Source: Octopus sinensis (lineage: Eukaryota). From it: a DNA stretch of 64,000 nucleotides. Location: contig NW_021833290.1 in the NCBI RefSeq assembly GCF_006345805.1, positions 1-64,000 on the forward strand, written 5' to 3'. Position 1 is the stretch's first letter. Each line of letters starts with the position of its first letter. Under the pieces are notes generated by a model. The model saw only the letters and a program-made list of their open reading frames with translations. It was not told where the DNA came from and did no database searches. The position numbers were made by a program, and so were the translations under genes. Shown here piece after piece: positions 11,849-25,250 of this stretch.

Positions 11849-14800
11849 TGTTGGTTGGCATCCTTTTTGTCTCGGGAGACAATGGAGTTGCGCATAAAAT
11901 AGTCCAGTCCGGCTTTTATATTTCATATCCTGATACATTTCCTGCTGTGGCTGTGTAGTCCTATCCTGGACAAACACTCCCTCTGGCAGGTACCGCAAAT
12001 GTAGCGAAGACTGTTCCTGGCTGGTTGTAATGTCATAGTTTCTTGTTTACGTCTCTTCTTTTCTTTCCATTTCTCCTCTCTCTCCCTGTCACTCCTTTGT
12101 ATTCCCTCTTTTACGGTACGTCGCCATCCTCCACGGTTGCCGGCAACTGCCTCCCAACCGCTAATATTGATGTTGCAGGCCTTCATGTCCCTTTTGCAAA
12201 CATCCTTGTAACGTAAGATCGGTCTACCCACAGACCTGGTACCGCTAGCAAGCTCTCCGTAGAGTATGTCCTTGGGGATTCTGCCATCTTTCATACGGCT
12301 AACATGCCCAAGCCATCTCATACGTCTTTGTGTGAGGAGTGCAAATATGCTTGGTATTCCTGCTTGCCTGAGGACATCTTTGTTGGGGATATGATTCTGC
12401 CATTTGATGTGGAGGATTTTTCGGAGGCAGCGCAGGTGAAAGATGTTTAGGTGAGGCTCTTGGCGTGTGTATAGCGTTCAAGTCTCACTTCCATACAGTA
12501 GAGTGCTGAGTACACATGCCTGGTAGATCTTCATTTTCGTGGTCTTCATCAGCTTATTGTTGTCCCAAGCCCGTTTGGAGAGTTGGGCCATCGCAGCAGC
12601 TGCCTTTCCAATGCGTATATTGAGCTCAGCGTCAAGGGATAGGTTGTAGGTGACGATAGAGCCCAGATAGGTAAACTTCTCCACCTCTTGTAATCTGTGG
12701 TCTCCAATATGTATGTTTGGGATGTCCGATGTAGCCTGACCCATGATGTTGGTCTTCTTAAGGATGATAGCTAAGCCAAAGTCGTTACATGCTTGCTCAA
12801 AACAGTCAATGAACCTTTGGAGGGCTTCTTCTGTGTGTGATACCAGAGCGGCATCATCAGCAAATAGCATCTCCTTGATCAGGACGTTTCTGATTTTGGT
12901 CTTGGCACACAGGCGCGAGAGATTGAACAGTTTCCTGTCACTTCTACTGTGCAGAAACACTCCATCATCTGATGTCTGAAAGGCTTGTGAGAGTAAGAGC
13001 GAGAAGAAGATGCCCAAAAATGTAGGAGCGAGGACACAACCTTGCTTTACCCCGTTTTTTATTTGGAAGGCGGCTGATGTTGAACCGTTGTGCTGTATGG
13101 TGCCTTGCATGTCATTATGGAAAGACTTGATGATCCTCAGCAGCTTTGGTGGACATCCGATTTTTTGGAGCAGGATTAAGAGGCCTGTTCTGCTTACCGA
13201 GTCAAAAGCCTTTGTTAGATCAATGAAGGCCATATATAATGGCATTTTCTGCTCTCTGGACTTCTCCTGAAGTTGGCGTACGGAGAATATCATATTGATA
13301 GTTGATCTGCTTCTTCTAAAGCCACACTGCGATTCCGGATAGATCGAGAAGCAAGTAGTTGTAGCCTTGCCAGGATAACGCGGGCAAAGGTCTTTCTAAC
13401 AGTGCTTAGAAGAGATATACCACGGTAATTGTTACAATCACCACGGTCACCTTTGTTTTTGTAAAGCGTAATGGTGTTAGCATCCCGCATATCCTGAGGG
13501 ACTGTACCCTCTTCCCAGCACTGACACAGAAGCTCATGAAGATGCCGAAGCAGGATGGGGTTTTTACCGGCTTTGATGATATCTGAGGGGGTGCCGTCTT
13601 TTCCCGGAGACTTAGTTCTTGCTAGGGAGTTAACAGCCTTGGTGAGCTCTGCTATAGATGGCGGACTGTCAAGTTCGCACATGACTGGCAAGATCTTGAG
13701 ACTCTCGACTGCAGCCTCAGCCACTGTAGTCTCCCGTGAGTAGAGATCCTGGTAGTGCTCCACCCATCTATCCATTTGCTTGCCTTGATCCCTGATGAGA
13801 TCTCCAGAGGGGCTGACTTGGTTGCGGATGGACCGAGGGCCTTCTTCAAACCGGTATACATCCCACAGGTGTCGCCACTGTCAGCAGCTGACTGGATACT
13901 CTGACAGATTTCCTGCCAATACGTCTGGCTGTCAGTTGGGTTTTATTTCGTGTCTTTCTGAGTTCTTCGAGGGACTTTGTAGAAGAATCACTCTTGTATT
14001 GCATCAGAGCTGCACGCTTTGCTTTGATAACTGGTTCCAGCTCTGAGAGCCCAGCATTGAACCAATCTGGGTTTTGCCTTTCTCTCATGCCGAAAGTATC
14101 TATTGATGTCGTATACAAAGCTTCCCTGATATAGTTCCACCTACTTTCAGCAGAGGAGGTTGGGCAGCTACTGAGGGCAACTTTGATAGAAGCAGCAAAA
14201 CATTTTCGCAGTGTAGGTTCCGAGGTTCTGGCAGTGTTAATGCGTGGTCGGCCCACTTCCTTGAAGCGATGGACTTTTTTAGGCAGAATCCTCACCCTAC
14301 TTCTAATTAGTGAGTGGTCTGTGTCACAATCCGCGCTGTGGTAACTGCGGGTCAATAGAGTAGAATTCAGAAAGGATCTCCGTGTAATGATGAGATCCAG
14401 CTGATGCCAGTGGTGAGATCTTGGATGTCTCCAAGATGCCTTGTGGGAAGGCTTGTTGGTAAAGAATGTGTTTGTGATGCACAGGTTGTGGTATGTACAG
14501 AATACGAGTAGTCTCTGACCATTGTCATTCATGTTGCCAATACCAAAGTGTCCAACACAAATGGGCCACGAATCATGGTCAGATCCCACGCGAGCGTTAA
14601 AATCCCCCAGAAGGTAGATATTTTCAGTCGTTGGTATATTTTCTATGACACAGTTGGGATCTTTGTAGAACTGGTACTTGGTCTCCTCTGAGCTGTAGAA
14701 AGTGGGAGCAGAGATGCTGAGTAGATGTACTGAGCCAGAAGAAGTCGAGAGGCGCAGTGAGGGGATACGCTCAGTGCCTCCTGATGGTGGTTCTATTGAG

Positions 14801-15705
14801 GAGAGTAATGAGTTTCTCACTGCAAAGCTAACGCCATGCTGACGAGGTTCTTCTGGATCGCTTCCTGCCAAAAGGAGGTGAAATCCTGCTCTTTGAGTTT
14901 GCCGTTTGAGGGGAGACTTGTCTCCTGCAGCCAGCAATATCTATGTTGATCCTCTTTAGTTCACGGTCAATGATGGCCGTTTTCCTTGTGTCTTCAACCC
15001 TGAGTAGATCATCAGATATTCCAGGGCACATGGTCCTCACATTCCAGCTTGCCAACCGCACAACTGGTGTTTTCTTGACTTTTAGTTGTTTGCCTGGTGC
15101 AGAGGTTGCAGGCCGCTTTTCAAGTCATACTCTTAGCTTCAAGCACCCAATGAAGCAGGCGACCTGTGGCGAGTCAGCACCTTATTGACTGGGGGCTGCC
15201 CAGCTTGAGGTGGGCAGTAGCTAACCAATAGGACACGAAGGTCCCTCCCACCGTCAGAGGTAACCCGTAGCGCCCATATTTTACGCCAGTCTGAATAGAT
15301 TTATCACTCGTGACCGTTACCTCCTGTGTTGTTTCTGCAGCTTTTTACAGCAGCACTGAAGTGTCCTCTCCAGGTTTGCGCAGGTCTGGGCTATAGATAA
15401 GAAAGTCCTGAGTAACCCAATCGTCAGGTTTCCTCTCTCGACCTTGCTGATGTAGTCCAAAGGAGTGCAGTGCATTACGTTTGGCACCAGCTTGGTTGCA
15501 GGAGCTGCCGGAAGAGTGTCGAGTCGAACACTAGACCGCCTTCGGGGCTCCACTCCGGATTTCTTTGAAGGTTGTTTCCGTTCCGTAACCCTTGATAGGG
15601 GCCCATACCGGGTACTGTCAGCCGGAGCCAGCTGAGCCCGGAACTCGTGTCAGGCAGGGTCGTCACTCCCTGAAGTAGTGAAGAAGTTCGCTACCCACTA
15701 CCTTT
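11849..15705 (-). mobile_element. Near full-length RTE-clade LINE (BovB-like): APE endonuclease, RT and C-terminal zinc finger, with 6 frameshifts
   Basis: [57 protein letters not shown]; 3' end tccattgtctcccgagac...ggatgcca followed by a (TA)n tail; ~600-bp 5' UTR. Confidence 0.95.
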
Positions 15706-15768
15706 TCAAGTAATGTTAAATTATTGTTAGATTATATATATATATGGGTATGTATGTGTATGTATATA

Positions 15769-15805
<37 letters not shown>

Positions 15806-16017
15806 TTCTCTCTTTATCTTTATATGGGTTTGTTTGTCCTTTGTATAATAAAACATTGATAAACACTTAAGAATTTCGTCGAAGGTACGAATTAGTATAT
15901 TGTGGGTCACAAGTAAAACACTGTTGATCATGGTGACGTATAATACGTGCGATAAAATCGAATGTTTGGAACAAAACAAAATAAATTTGAATAAATGTGT
16001 TAGAAGCTTTTGCTTAC

Positions 16018-16070
16018 CCAGGATATTCAACTCGGAATTTTCCAGTCACGGTTAAAACCTCATGCTCCAT
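16018..16070 (-). CDS. Duplicate of SEA-like exon 2 (MEHEVLTVTGKFRVEYPG)
   Basis: Intact splice sites; paralog of 28528-28580. Confidence 0.7.
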
Positions 16071-16409
16071 CTGCAAAAGCCAGATGTGTATATATATATA
16101 TATATGCATACATTAAATTCAAGAAACAAAGTTTGATTTAAAAGCGTTGAGAAGTATAAAAAGATACAGATAAGGAAATAATTTTACATATGTATGTATT
16201 TGTGTTTAAGCTGATCAGGCTAACAAAATCGATATCACTATCTACGAAACGTATTGAGCTCACTCACTATTTAAATTGACGTTTTGCATTTCTTGTATAA
16301 AATATGCATGTGTGTGTGTGTGTGTGTGTGTGAATGTATGCATGTGTGCGCGTGTTCAGCGCGTGTGTGTGTGTGTGTTCGGAGAAAGAGAGGGCAGATA
16401 TCTACTCAC

Positions 16410-16492
16410 GGCTCTTGATATGTTCTCAGCAGGTTTTTTATATTCGTTGAAAGATTTTAAAATCAAACGAAATGCGAAGGATTTGGTCCAGC
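16410..16492 (-). CDS. Duplicate of SEA-like exon 1 ([28 protein letters not shown])
   Basis: Intact splice sites and frame; paralog of 29570-29651. Confidence 0.7.
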
Positions 16493-16729
16493 CTATGGAT
16501 TGATATAGAAAATAATTGCTGTATTTATAAATGAGACACACGTCATAGATGCACATAAAACCCACATACGTAGATAAAAATATACATTCATAATCACATA
16601 TACACTTAAAAATACTATAAATAAATATATATATATACGAACATACAGACTCACATTAATACATCTGCATCTACATGTATAAACACATATATAAATGCAT
16701 GTTTGTACACATACACAGTTCCATGTACT

Positions 16730-16762
<33 letters not shown>

Positions 16763-16887
16763 TATGTGTGTGTGTATATATATATATATATGTATAAAAT
16801 ATTATTAGAGACAAAACCACTATTTTGCAAAACAAACAAGAAAGACTTAATCAATACATAAATTTTAATAAATAGTAAAAAAAACCG

Positions 16888-16930
16888 CCACTACAATTGT
16901 TTCTTGTCTTGATCGACAATCTTCAGGTGG
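16888..16930 (-). ncRNA. Minimal type I hammerhead motif, family 4
   Basis: ccac-CTGAAGA-ttgtc(gatcaa)gacaa-GAAA-caattg-TA-gtgg. Confidence 0.8.
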
Positions 16931-17876
16931 ACTTCCAATCTAAAATATCAATATTTTAAAATATAAAAATAATAATTTTAAAATAATTAAAGTATGAATG
17001 AAAAAATATAAATATATAATCCATATATAACCTATATATAATCCATATATAATCAATATATAACAATATATAAACTAAAATAAACCTATCAACAATTAAA
17101 TATAAAATATAAAATATAAAATATAAAATATAAAACAAAACAAAAAAATAATAATAATATAATAATAAACTATATATACACCCATACACATATACCTAAT
17201 TATATATAACCATATCTAACTACATACACTAAATCACACCCCCATATATATATCCCTATACATACACATAAAAACGTCTAGGCAACTATAAATAAATAAA
17301 ATAGCTAAATACTTCAACACAATACTTATTCATACTCCCACACACACACACATACAACCCACATTCACGCTCTAGAAAACGGACATCACTTAAAATTATG
17401 AACGGAGAAATGGAATAAATGGAATTAAAAATTATATTCACTTGGTAAAACGAACACTACTTAGAAATTATGAAATATATATGAACAATTTCAGTTAGAA
17501 TGGTTGATTCTCTCAATTTCGATACCATATGACAAAGGCAAGAAATTCTGTCTTCTCTGCAATTCTGAGCTATTTTTCATTATTTTTTCTAAAAATACTC
17601 TAGTAAGCACGGTTATAGAGCGAGCATACAGATGTAAGCATTGGCAGAAACGTACATTTAGTGCATATAAGTAGTCTCTATAATTATATATAATTTAAAC
17701 TTTAATTTCCTTTATATTTAACATTCACTATGGGTATCCCTACTCTTTCTATTAGCTACTTATGACGTTATACCATATAACGTTTTTTTTAACAATATTA
17801 ATAGCGTGCTGTCTATCACTCTACAAATCCATCATTTTTTGCTAAAATGTCTTATTGACAAGTTTCGCTTTTTTCA

Positions 17877-17956
17877 CCTTCCTGAAGAGAAGATTGCATT
17901 CTTTCATTTATTCTTTTGAATAGTAACAGTGGAATTGTCGAAACATGTGTCGAAAG
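17877..17956 (+). ncRNA. Degenerate type I hammerhead motif, family 5
   Basis: ccttc-CTGAAGA-ga...tc-GAAA-catgtg-TC-gaaag; one mismatch in stem I. Confidence 0.5.
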
Positions 17957-18291
17957 TAAAAATATTTGATTACACTTGCGTTAAACTCCATTTATTTATT
18001 CATATATTATTCAAAATATTCAACGTAAACACGAAGTTTCTACCTTTATAAACAAGGAGTTACAACATCTTTACTTGCGAGATTTTTGCTACCCTGGTAA
18101 CTATTTATTTATTTTTTCCGTGTTAATTGTTAACAAGGTAAAAATACACTCATCTATTTATATATACATATATGCAAATCAGCCCACATTTGCATACATA
18201 CGTAACATATATATATATATATAAGTTTATATTCATATGTACTTACATAAGTAAACATATATATATATAATATATATATAATATATATATA

Positions 18292-18340
<49 letters not shown>

Positions 18341-18783
18341 CATATAAATATACATTTAGAAACATTTATTTGCATCTATGTGCACGTACACGTATCCAAT
18401 ATAGGATTTCATTATAGGGACAGCCCTTCTGTGAAACGATCGTAAAAAAGGTTTAAATATTTAATTCAAAACTTATAAACTGTCATATACATTATATATT
18501 TATACGTATACATATATACATATATTTTTATAAATATTTATATTTATTTATTTATATATTTTTAATACAACCATTTTTTTTCACACGTGTATATCTTTCA
18601 GAGAAGTTTTCTGATATTGAATTCTTAATATTAATAATAATATATTATTTAAAAATATATATAATCGCTCGCATTAAATATATAAATACCTTAATAATAT
18701 TAATACTTTGATACAATAGAGCACTCAATATATATTCAGTATATAATATTCTCATTGAATGTATTTGACTAAAGATTCATATA

Positions 18784-19214
18784 TACTCTTTACTCTTTTT
18801 ACTCTTTTATGTGTTTCAGTCATTTGACTGTTGCCATGCTGGAGCACCGCGTTTAGTCGAGCAAGTCGACCCCAGTACTTATTCTTTGTAAGCCTAGTAT
18901 TTATTCTATCGGTCTCTTTTGCCGAACCGCTAAGTTACAGGGTCGTAAACACACCAGCATCGGTTGTCAAGCGATGTTGGAGGGGGGATAAAAACAGACA
19001 CAAACATATACACACATGCACACACATAGATATATATACATATACATATATACGACAGGCTTCTTTCAGTTTCCGTCTACCAAATCCACTCACAAGGCTT
19101 TGGTCGGCCTGAGGTTATAGCAGAAGACACTTGCCCAAGGTACCACGCAGTGGGACTGAACCCGGGACCATATGGTTCGTAAGCAATCTACTTACCACAC
19201 ACCCACTACTACGC
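18784..19214 (-). mobile_element. tRNA-derived SINE (octopus-type, CORE-like ccttgggcaagtg), near full length
   Basis: tRNA-like head with a B-box-like ggttcagtccc, internal (CA/TA) tract and (AAAGAGT)n tail. Confidence 0.85.
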
Positions 19215-19289
<75 letters not shown>

Positions 19290-19594
19290 ACATATATACA
19301 TATATACATGCAACCATGCCGTCACTTGCATACATATGTATTAGAATATGATTGTTCCTTTCCAGCAACACAAAACCATCCAATGGCCATTTTTATGGGT
19401 TTCGAAACAAAAAGCCTACAGTTACAAGGAAAATGACAATAATAAAAGCACAGTAAAATAGAACGCAAGAGAAATATCTAAAACGGTTTTTATTAATTTG
19501 ATTACCCTGTGTACGAGGGATACAATGTGTGCAAGAAAGAGGGATATTATCGTTTGGAAGGAGAATCGCTTTCAATTGAAATTTCAGGAAGAAC

Positions 19595-19878
19595 CTGCGT
19601 GGTACCTTGGGCAAGTGTCTTCTACTATAGCCTCGGACCGACCAAAACCTTGTGAGTGGATTTGGTAGACGGAAACTGAAAGAAGCCTGTCGTATATATG
19701 TATATGTATATATATCTATGTGTGTGTATGTGTGTATATGTTTGTGCCTGTTTTTGTTTCCCCCCCTCCAACATCGCTTGACAACCGATGCTGGTGTGTT
19801 TACGACCATGTACATTAGCGGTTCGGCAATAGAGACCGATAGAATAAATACTAGGCTTACAAAGAATAAGTACTGGGG
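19595..19878 (+). mobile_element. Second, truncated copy of the same SINE in opposite orientation
   Basis: Reverse complement of 18870-19150. Confidence 0.85.
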
Positions 19879-19879
19879 C

Positions 19880-20140
19880 CTTTTCTCTGTCGCGTCGCTT
19901 AATTTAGGCTTTTTGGACACAGTTTCTGCACTTTTCACACTTTCAGGCCTTTTCATTAGAAATTTAGCAAGAGAAGTCTGCTTTTACCTGCCTTTTTATT
20001 TAGTCTTTAGTAGTTTTTCTGTGCCACATTGTAAATACTCGGCTAAGCTTTTTTTTCCATCTCTATACGTTCTTCTACTGCTATTGAGCATCTCCCAGTC
20101 TGGTCTTTCCTTAATTACAGTCGGTTGATATCTGCTTTCG
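19880..20140 (-). mobile_element. R4/Dong-like (RLE) LINE relic
   Basis: ADINRLxLRK...EERIEMEKKSLAEYL. Confidence 0.5.
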
Positions 20141-20299
20141 GATGTTGAGCTCCACATATTTTCAGCAACTTATTAGTTTTTGTCAAATTTATTTATTTTG
20201 ATTATTATTTCTCTTTATCACAGGTTTTGTAGGAGTTCCTTGAGGCTTGCATTGTGGGAGTTCCTGGACACTTGCTCATTCTAATGTCGACCCTCCAGT

Positions 20300-20790
20300 T
20301 TGTGGCCAAAGCTTACTCTTGCGCTGCCAATATAGTGTTCTCGGTCTCTTTCTTTAGAATTCCTTTCATCAGCCAATCCCACCTATTTTTTGTTATATGG
20401 AGATTCATTGTGTTCTCCCTTCTTGCGCCATTCTTCTTCATTTCTTTTTGTGTTTCTTCCTTCGGTTTTCCTGCTTTCAATACTCCCTCATTCCTAACTG
20501 TCACTAACAAGGTTTCCTTACTTTGGGTTCGGTATCTCATTAAGACTTCGAGTTCGAAACGCACGCAGTTTCCCACACTTATCAGTCCCTTTTTTCCATT
20601 CGCTCTCTTCGTGTATCGGCGATCGAGGTCTGCATGTGGATGATGGGCTCCATACATCGTTAGGACCTTTCTTGACTTCCTGTCCATCTCCTTTAGCTTC
20701 TCTGTCCAATTCAGTTTTCCAGCTTTCAAACCAATATTTTGTTCACTCACCAAAAGTGCTCTCTTTTTCTCTTTTCCTTCATGTCGTGGT
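20300..20790 (-). mobile_element. R4/Dong-like (RLE) LINE fragment
   Basis: [38 protein letters not shown]...LKKETENTILAAQE. Confidence 0.8.
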
Positions 20791-21815
20791 GTTTGATTCC
20801 ATCTGTGTGTGTGTGTTGGAGAGAGAGAGAGTGTGTGTTTGTTGGGGGGGGGGGGAGAGCATTGTAAGCGATGAATGAAATGAACATGAAATGAAAAAAT
20901 CGTGTAAATGAAAGGACATAATAAACGGAATAATATAGGTTTCAAATATTGGTACGTGACCAGCAGATTTGGTGTAGGGGTTAAGTTGATTACATTGACC
21001 CAGAGCTCAACTTGCGCTTATTTTATCGACACAGAAATTATGAAAAGCAAAGTCAATCTTGGCGGAATTTGAACTCAGAACGTAAAGACAGACGAAGTAC
21101 TGCAAAGCATTTCTCCCGCTCTGCTAACGATTCTGCCAGCTTTCCGCCTAATTTAAGGATTAATAGTGATAAGTTTTCATAATGGTCTAATGAGAAATTG
21201 AAATCATCACATCACTAAATGCATATGAAAATCTATTCAATTTGACAGTGCCATAATAACATTTGAGAGAAGTAAATTGCTTATATTCTATGACAAACAG
21301 ATATGTAGGGTATGTCATTGAATATTTGAAGATTCTACAACCACCGCTCCAACGTAATGTATGCAAAGTGGTATGTACCAGTAATATCCCTGTTGTTTTT
21401 CTGCTTCTCTATCTACTCAGCCTGTCTGCAGAATGTTTACGAAAACGTGGTTTTAACGATATTACAATAATGAACTCAACCCTCCAAAGTAATAAATTTT
21501 TTAATAACGTTTCCATAAATGAGTCAAATGATTTGCCGTTGAACGAGATGGACACATTCCTGGAGGACTCAAACGGGAGAATAGGTTGCATTACCTTTTG
21601 ATAAATCATTTTAATTACAAACACACACACACACACACACAGGACAGTCATAATGGAACAGACATAGAAAGACATACACATACACACTCACCACCCCCAC
21701 CCCCACCAGAGTGGTCGTATTTAAACAGACAGAAAGTCACTCACAAAAATTACTTCTTCTCATCCTGCTACTTCTACTACTGTAAAAGTCATTTAAAAAT
21801 AATTTGCTCGCTCAC

Positions 21816-21958
21816 CATCATCAATGCCTTTGCTCTGTTCTGCACTGTAACATTGAGACATGTCTGGTTCTTGCCAGATACCAGTAAACGGTGAACACTT
21901 TTGTGATGACAGGTTTTGACTTGATGCCATTTCTGGATGCCCCATCGTTCTGGAAGAA
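21816..21958 (-). CDS. HRM domain exon 2 ([47 protein letters not shown])
   Basis: tattttttcag / gtgagc, 143 nt, phase 2-1; C-x4-GxWxxPDxSxC motif. Confidence 0.88.
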
Positions 21959-24900
21959 CTGAAAAAATAAATGTTAAATATTGTCAGTCGAGTTTATTCA
22001 TTCTGAGGAGAATTTCATCAATCTCAGAGGAATATAAGAAACCTTCGAACTGGTCGTGATTTGAACTCATAATTTAGTGAAAGAAGGATAAATGGTGTCT
22101 TGCATTTGGGGGAGAAATCTATTATTTACTCCTGACCCCTATCCTCAAAACTAATGTCAAATATTTTCTAACTAGAGTTCAGATATAAAAACAATATTCC
22201 TGCATCTGTTTTTATTTACAATAATTTCTTGTTTTTATGATTATTCAATACAAGATTAGTTGGAACGGTGTAGGTGATGCAGCATTAAGGAGCCAAGTTG
22301 TTAGTTCAAGTTGAATGGGGGAATTAGTTGCTAATATTTCGCCACCATAGACATCAGTAGCAACAGCGGCAGCAATGGATTTATGTATATTTTCCTACAT
22401 ATGCACAGATTTGAGTGATTCCACCAGTTGGTCTTGTCTTAAAACTAATAAAGCTCAGCCTCTGGGAGGATCAAGTTAGATGCTTAACCTGTGGAATGAC
22501 GTGGTAGAAATGAGAGAAGAGAGACCGTATTACATAGTCTGTAATGAGTGAAATCCCAGGATGACCATCATGTACTAGCAAGATATATAGCTCTACAGTA
22601 ATCATAAAATTGAATAAATAGTATTAGCCTGAATCCAACAGAATCACTGATAGATTCTATTGGCTGTATCTAGGTATGTGCTTTCTTTGCTACAATTATT
22701 TTGTGAAATTCTGGAACTTACAAGAATCTTTAAATCTTTGAATAATGCTGATTTCAAATTTTGCCACAGGGTCAGATATTTTGGGTGGGGATAGTTCGAT
22801 AACATAGACCCCAGCTTACTTATTTTATCGATCCCGAAAGGGTAAAAGATAAAGTTTACCCTGGTAGCATTTGATCTCAGAATGTAAAGTCAGAGGAAAT
22901 GCTGCTAAGCATTTTGTCCGGCATGGAAACGATTCCGCCAGGTCAGCACCATAAAGCCTTGTCTAATATTGGTTTCAAATTTTGGCACAAGGCCAGCAAT
23001 TTCAGGGGAAGGGATAAGTCGTTTACACCAAACCCAGTGCTCAATTGGTATTTATTTCATCGAATCGAAAAAATTAAAGGCAAAGTCGACCTTGGCGGAA
23101 TTTGAACTCAGAACATAAAAACGAATGAAATGAAAGCTTTGTATAATATTGGCGACAAAGCAAACGTAGATAGTTAGGACAAGGCTAAATTATATCAAAT
23201 AATGTATAAAATGTAAAAATGCTGGGACAAGAGATTGCAACCGATAGACGTTTAATTCTATCTTGTTAATCTATAAAGCTGTTATTTGCTCTACCAAGTA
23301 ACATTCTCTCACAATAGGATGGCGCTGAAAACTTCAAACTTTGAGTAGAAATAAATCAATACAAACGAACCAATGCCTGGTGGCTACATTTCTATGACAT
23401 GGGATCTCAGCAGTAGTTCCTATTTTTGTCATTGGCCAAGAGAAAGCTCGATTGTTAGTTGATGTTGTGCTTTCATCACAAACCACTGAAAAAGAAGCAA
23501 AATATGGACATGAAAGAAGCCAGTAGTAGTAGTAGTTGTAGTAGTAGTAGTAGTAGTAGCAGCAGCAGCAGTTAATGTTGGAAATAAATTGTTTGGACCA
23601 CCTGCTGGCTGATATGAGGACAATTATACACGAAGTGTTGCAAACATACACGGAGAGCATATATATTTATTCAAAATAGACAGATTTCTAGTTTTTCATT
23701 TAGTAGTTTGTAAAGAGATAAATGATTTAGAAATGAATTACAATCCCTTACAACACAAGGACCCAACCAGGCTCCATGCAATTCTTGGAAGTGTAGTCTA
23801 TTCTTAACTAAAATGGCGACAATATGATTTTCTCCATATTCTTGCTCTGTTAAAATATTTGAGAAAAATTACATTAAAGTGTCCTACTTATTAAAATTCT
23901 AATTCATTATTTATGCAGCTGAAGATGGCATTGCATTTAAATTGATGTAATTTTTGTATTGTTCAATTAAATTTAGCCGATTGAAACTGCATAACTACTT
24001 GATATCCTGTAGATTATATATATATATATTCTTATATATATTTTTTCTTATATATTCTTAAAAAACAATAAATAAAATAAATAGAGGTGTGTGCATATGT
24101 ATATATATATATTTTATATTTTTTCGAGCATATATAACTGGTTACGGGATATGACTACTCAGAATGCTAGTCTGTTTCGCGGCCTCTAGTGTTGAATTTC
24201 GTCAATATATTGATCACTCTTTAGACATACTGACCGGAAGCGCAAAACCTAATGTACGCTAGAAATGGGTAGATGTTATATTGATTTGGCGATGGTAAAA
24301 TGAAATGAATGGAAACGAAGTGAAAATATATCCTTTTTCGGCAATGGGATATGATTTGTTCCTCTCTTATATCTCTTAGACATTGTTTAAAGCGTATGAG
24401 CTGTGTGTGTATCTATCGTTTCTTATTCAAAAATTAATATGATCACTTCAAACAAAATGAAATTCCGCCGAGGAAAAATATTTGCAGCATTGAATAATTT
24501 TCCTGAGTGAATTAAAGAAAGTACTGGAATTGTTTGAATTATTCTGCCCAGTAGAGTCTGCATCTTCTACTTCTATACAAAATTAGAAGAAAACATTTTT
24601 GCCCTCGGTTAATTGGTATAATTAAAAAGAAACTGAGCAAAGACAAACAGTTCCGTAGGGACAAGAAACGGAAAAGCGCAAAATAAAATGCTTTTTTTTA
24701 AAATTATCCAAGCTTTGAGAAAATGTAAATAAATAGTTGTGTGTGAGAGAGAGAGAGAGGGAGAGAGTCTGTGTGCTTGGTATCATCTACTGTGGTTGAT
24801 GATGACGACAACGACGAAGAGGTTGGTGATTGATGAAGCTAATTATGACGGTAATGATGATTAAATTAATAAGAAACACGATACTTACTTTCATCAATGA

Positions 24901-25146
24901 ATTTCATGTGGCTTTTCTTAACTCCTAAGTTAAGCAATTCCTGGGAATTGTTCAAAACTTGGGAGATATTGCGCCGCAGTTGACTTTCAGTCATTTCGCT
25001 AAATACTGTACAGTAAATAGCAAATATTTTATTTCTGTTTGAGCTGAAATAAAAAATAAATACATACATGTATGTCGGTATGTATGTATGTATGTAGCTA
25101 GCTAGCTAGCTAGAAATATAATACATACTATATAGATATATATATA

Positions 25147-25193
<47 letters not shown>

Positions 25194-25194
25194 A

Positions 25195-25250
<56 letters not shown>

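Larger units (their letters stand above)
4925..20870. repeat. Local segmental duplication, copy 1 (paralog of ~24080-30510)
   Basis: Colinear blocks 4925-6670 with 24080-26765, 15715-16620 with 27215-29770, and 20600-20870 with 30165-30510. Confidence 0.88.

Noticed and set aside
15420-15705. Possible HDV-like ribozyme in the RTE 5' UTR
   Set aside because: Several hairpins are visible, but I could not build the nested double pseudoknot by eye; it needs an RNArobo or Infernal search.
18433-18444. GAAA-cgatcg-TA half hammerhead
   Set aside because: No upstream CUGANGA box or stem I partner.
19130-19214. tRNA-like sequences at SINE heads
   Set aside because: No complete cloverleaf, and each continues into a SINE body; not tRNA genes.
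21421-21586. Plus-strand exon-like segment (LSAECLRKRGF...)
   Set aside because: No neighbouring plus-strand exons; the opposite strand resembles a decayed LINE C-terminus.
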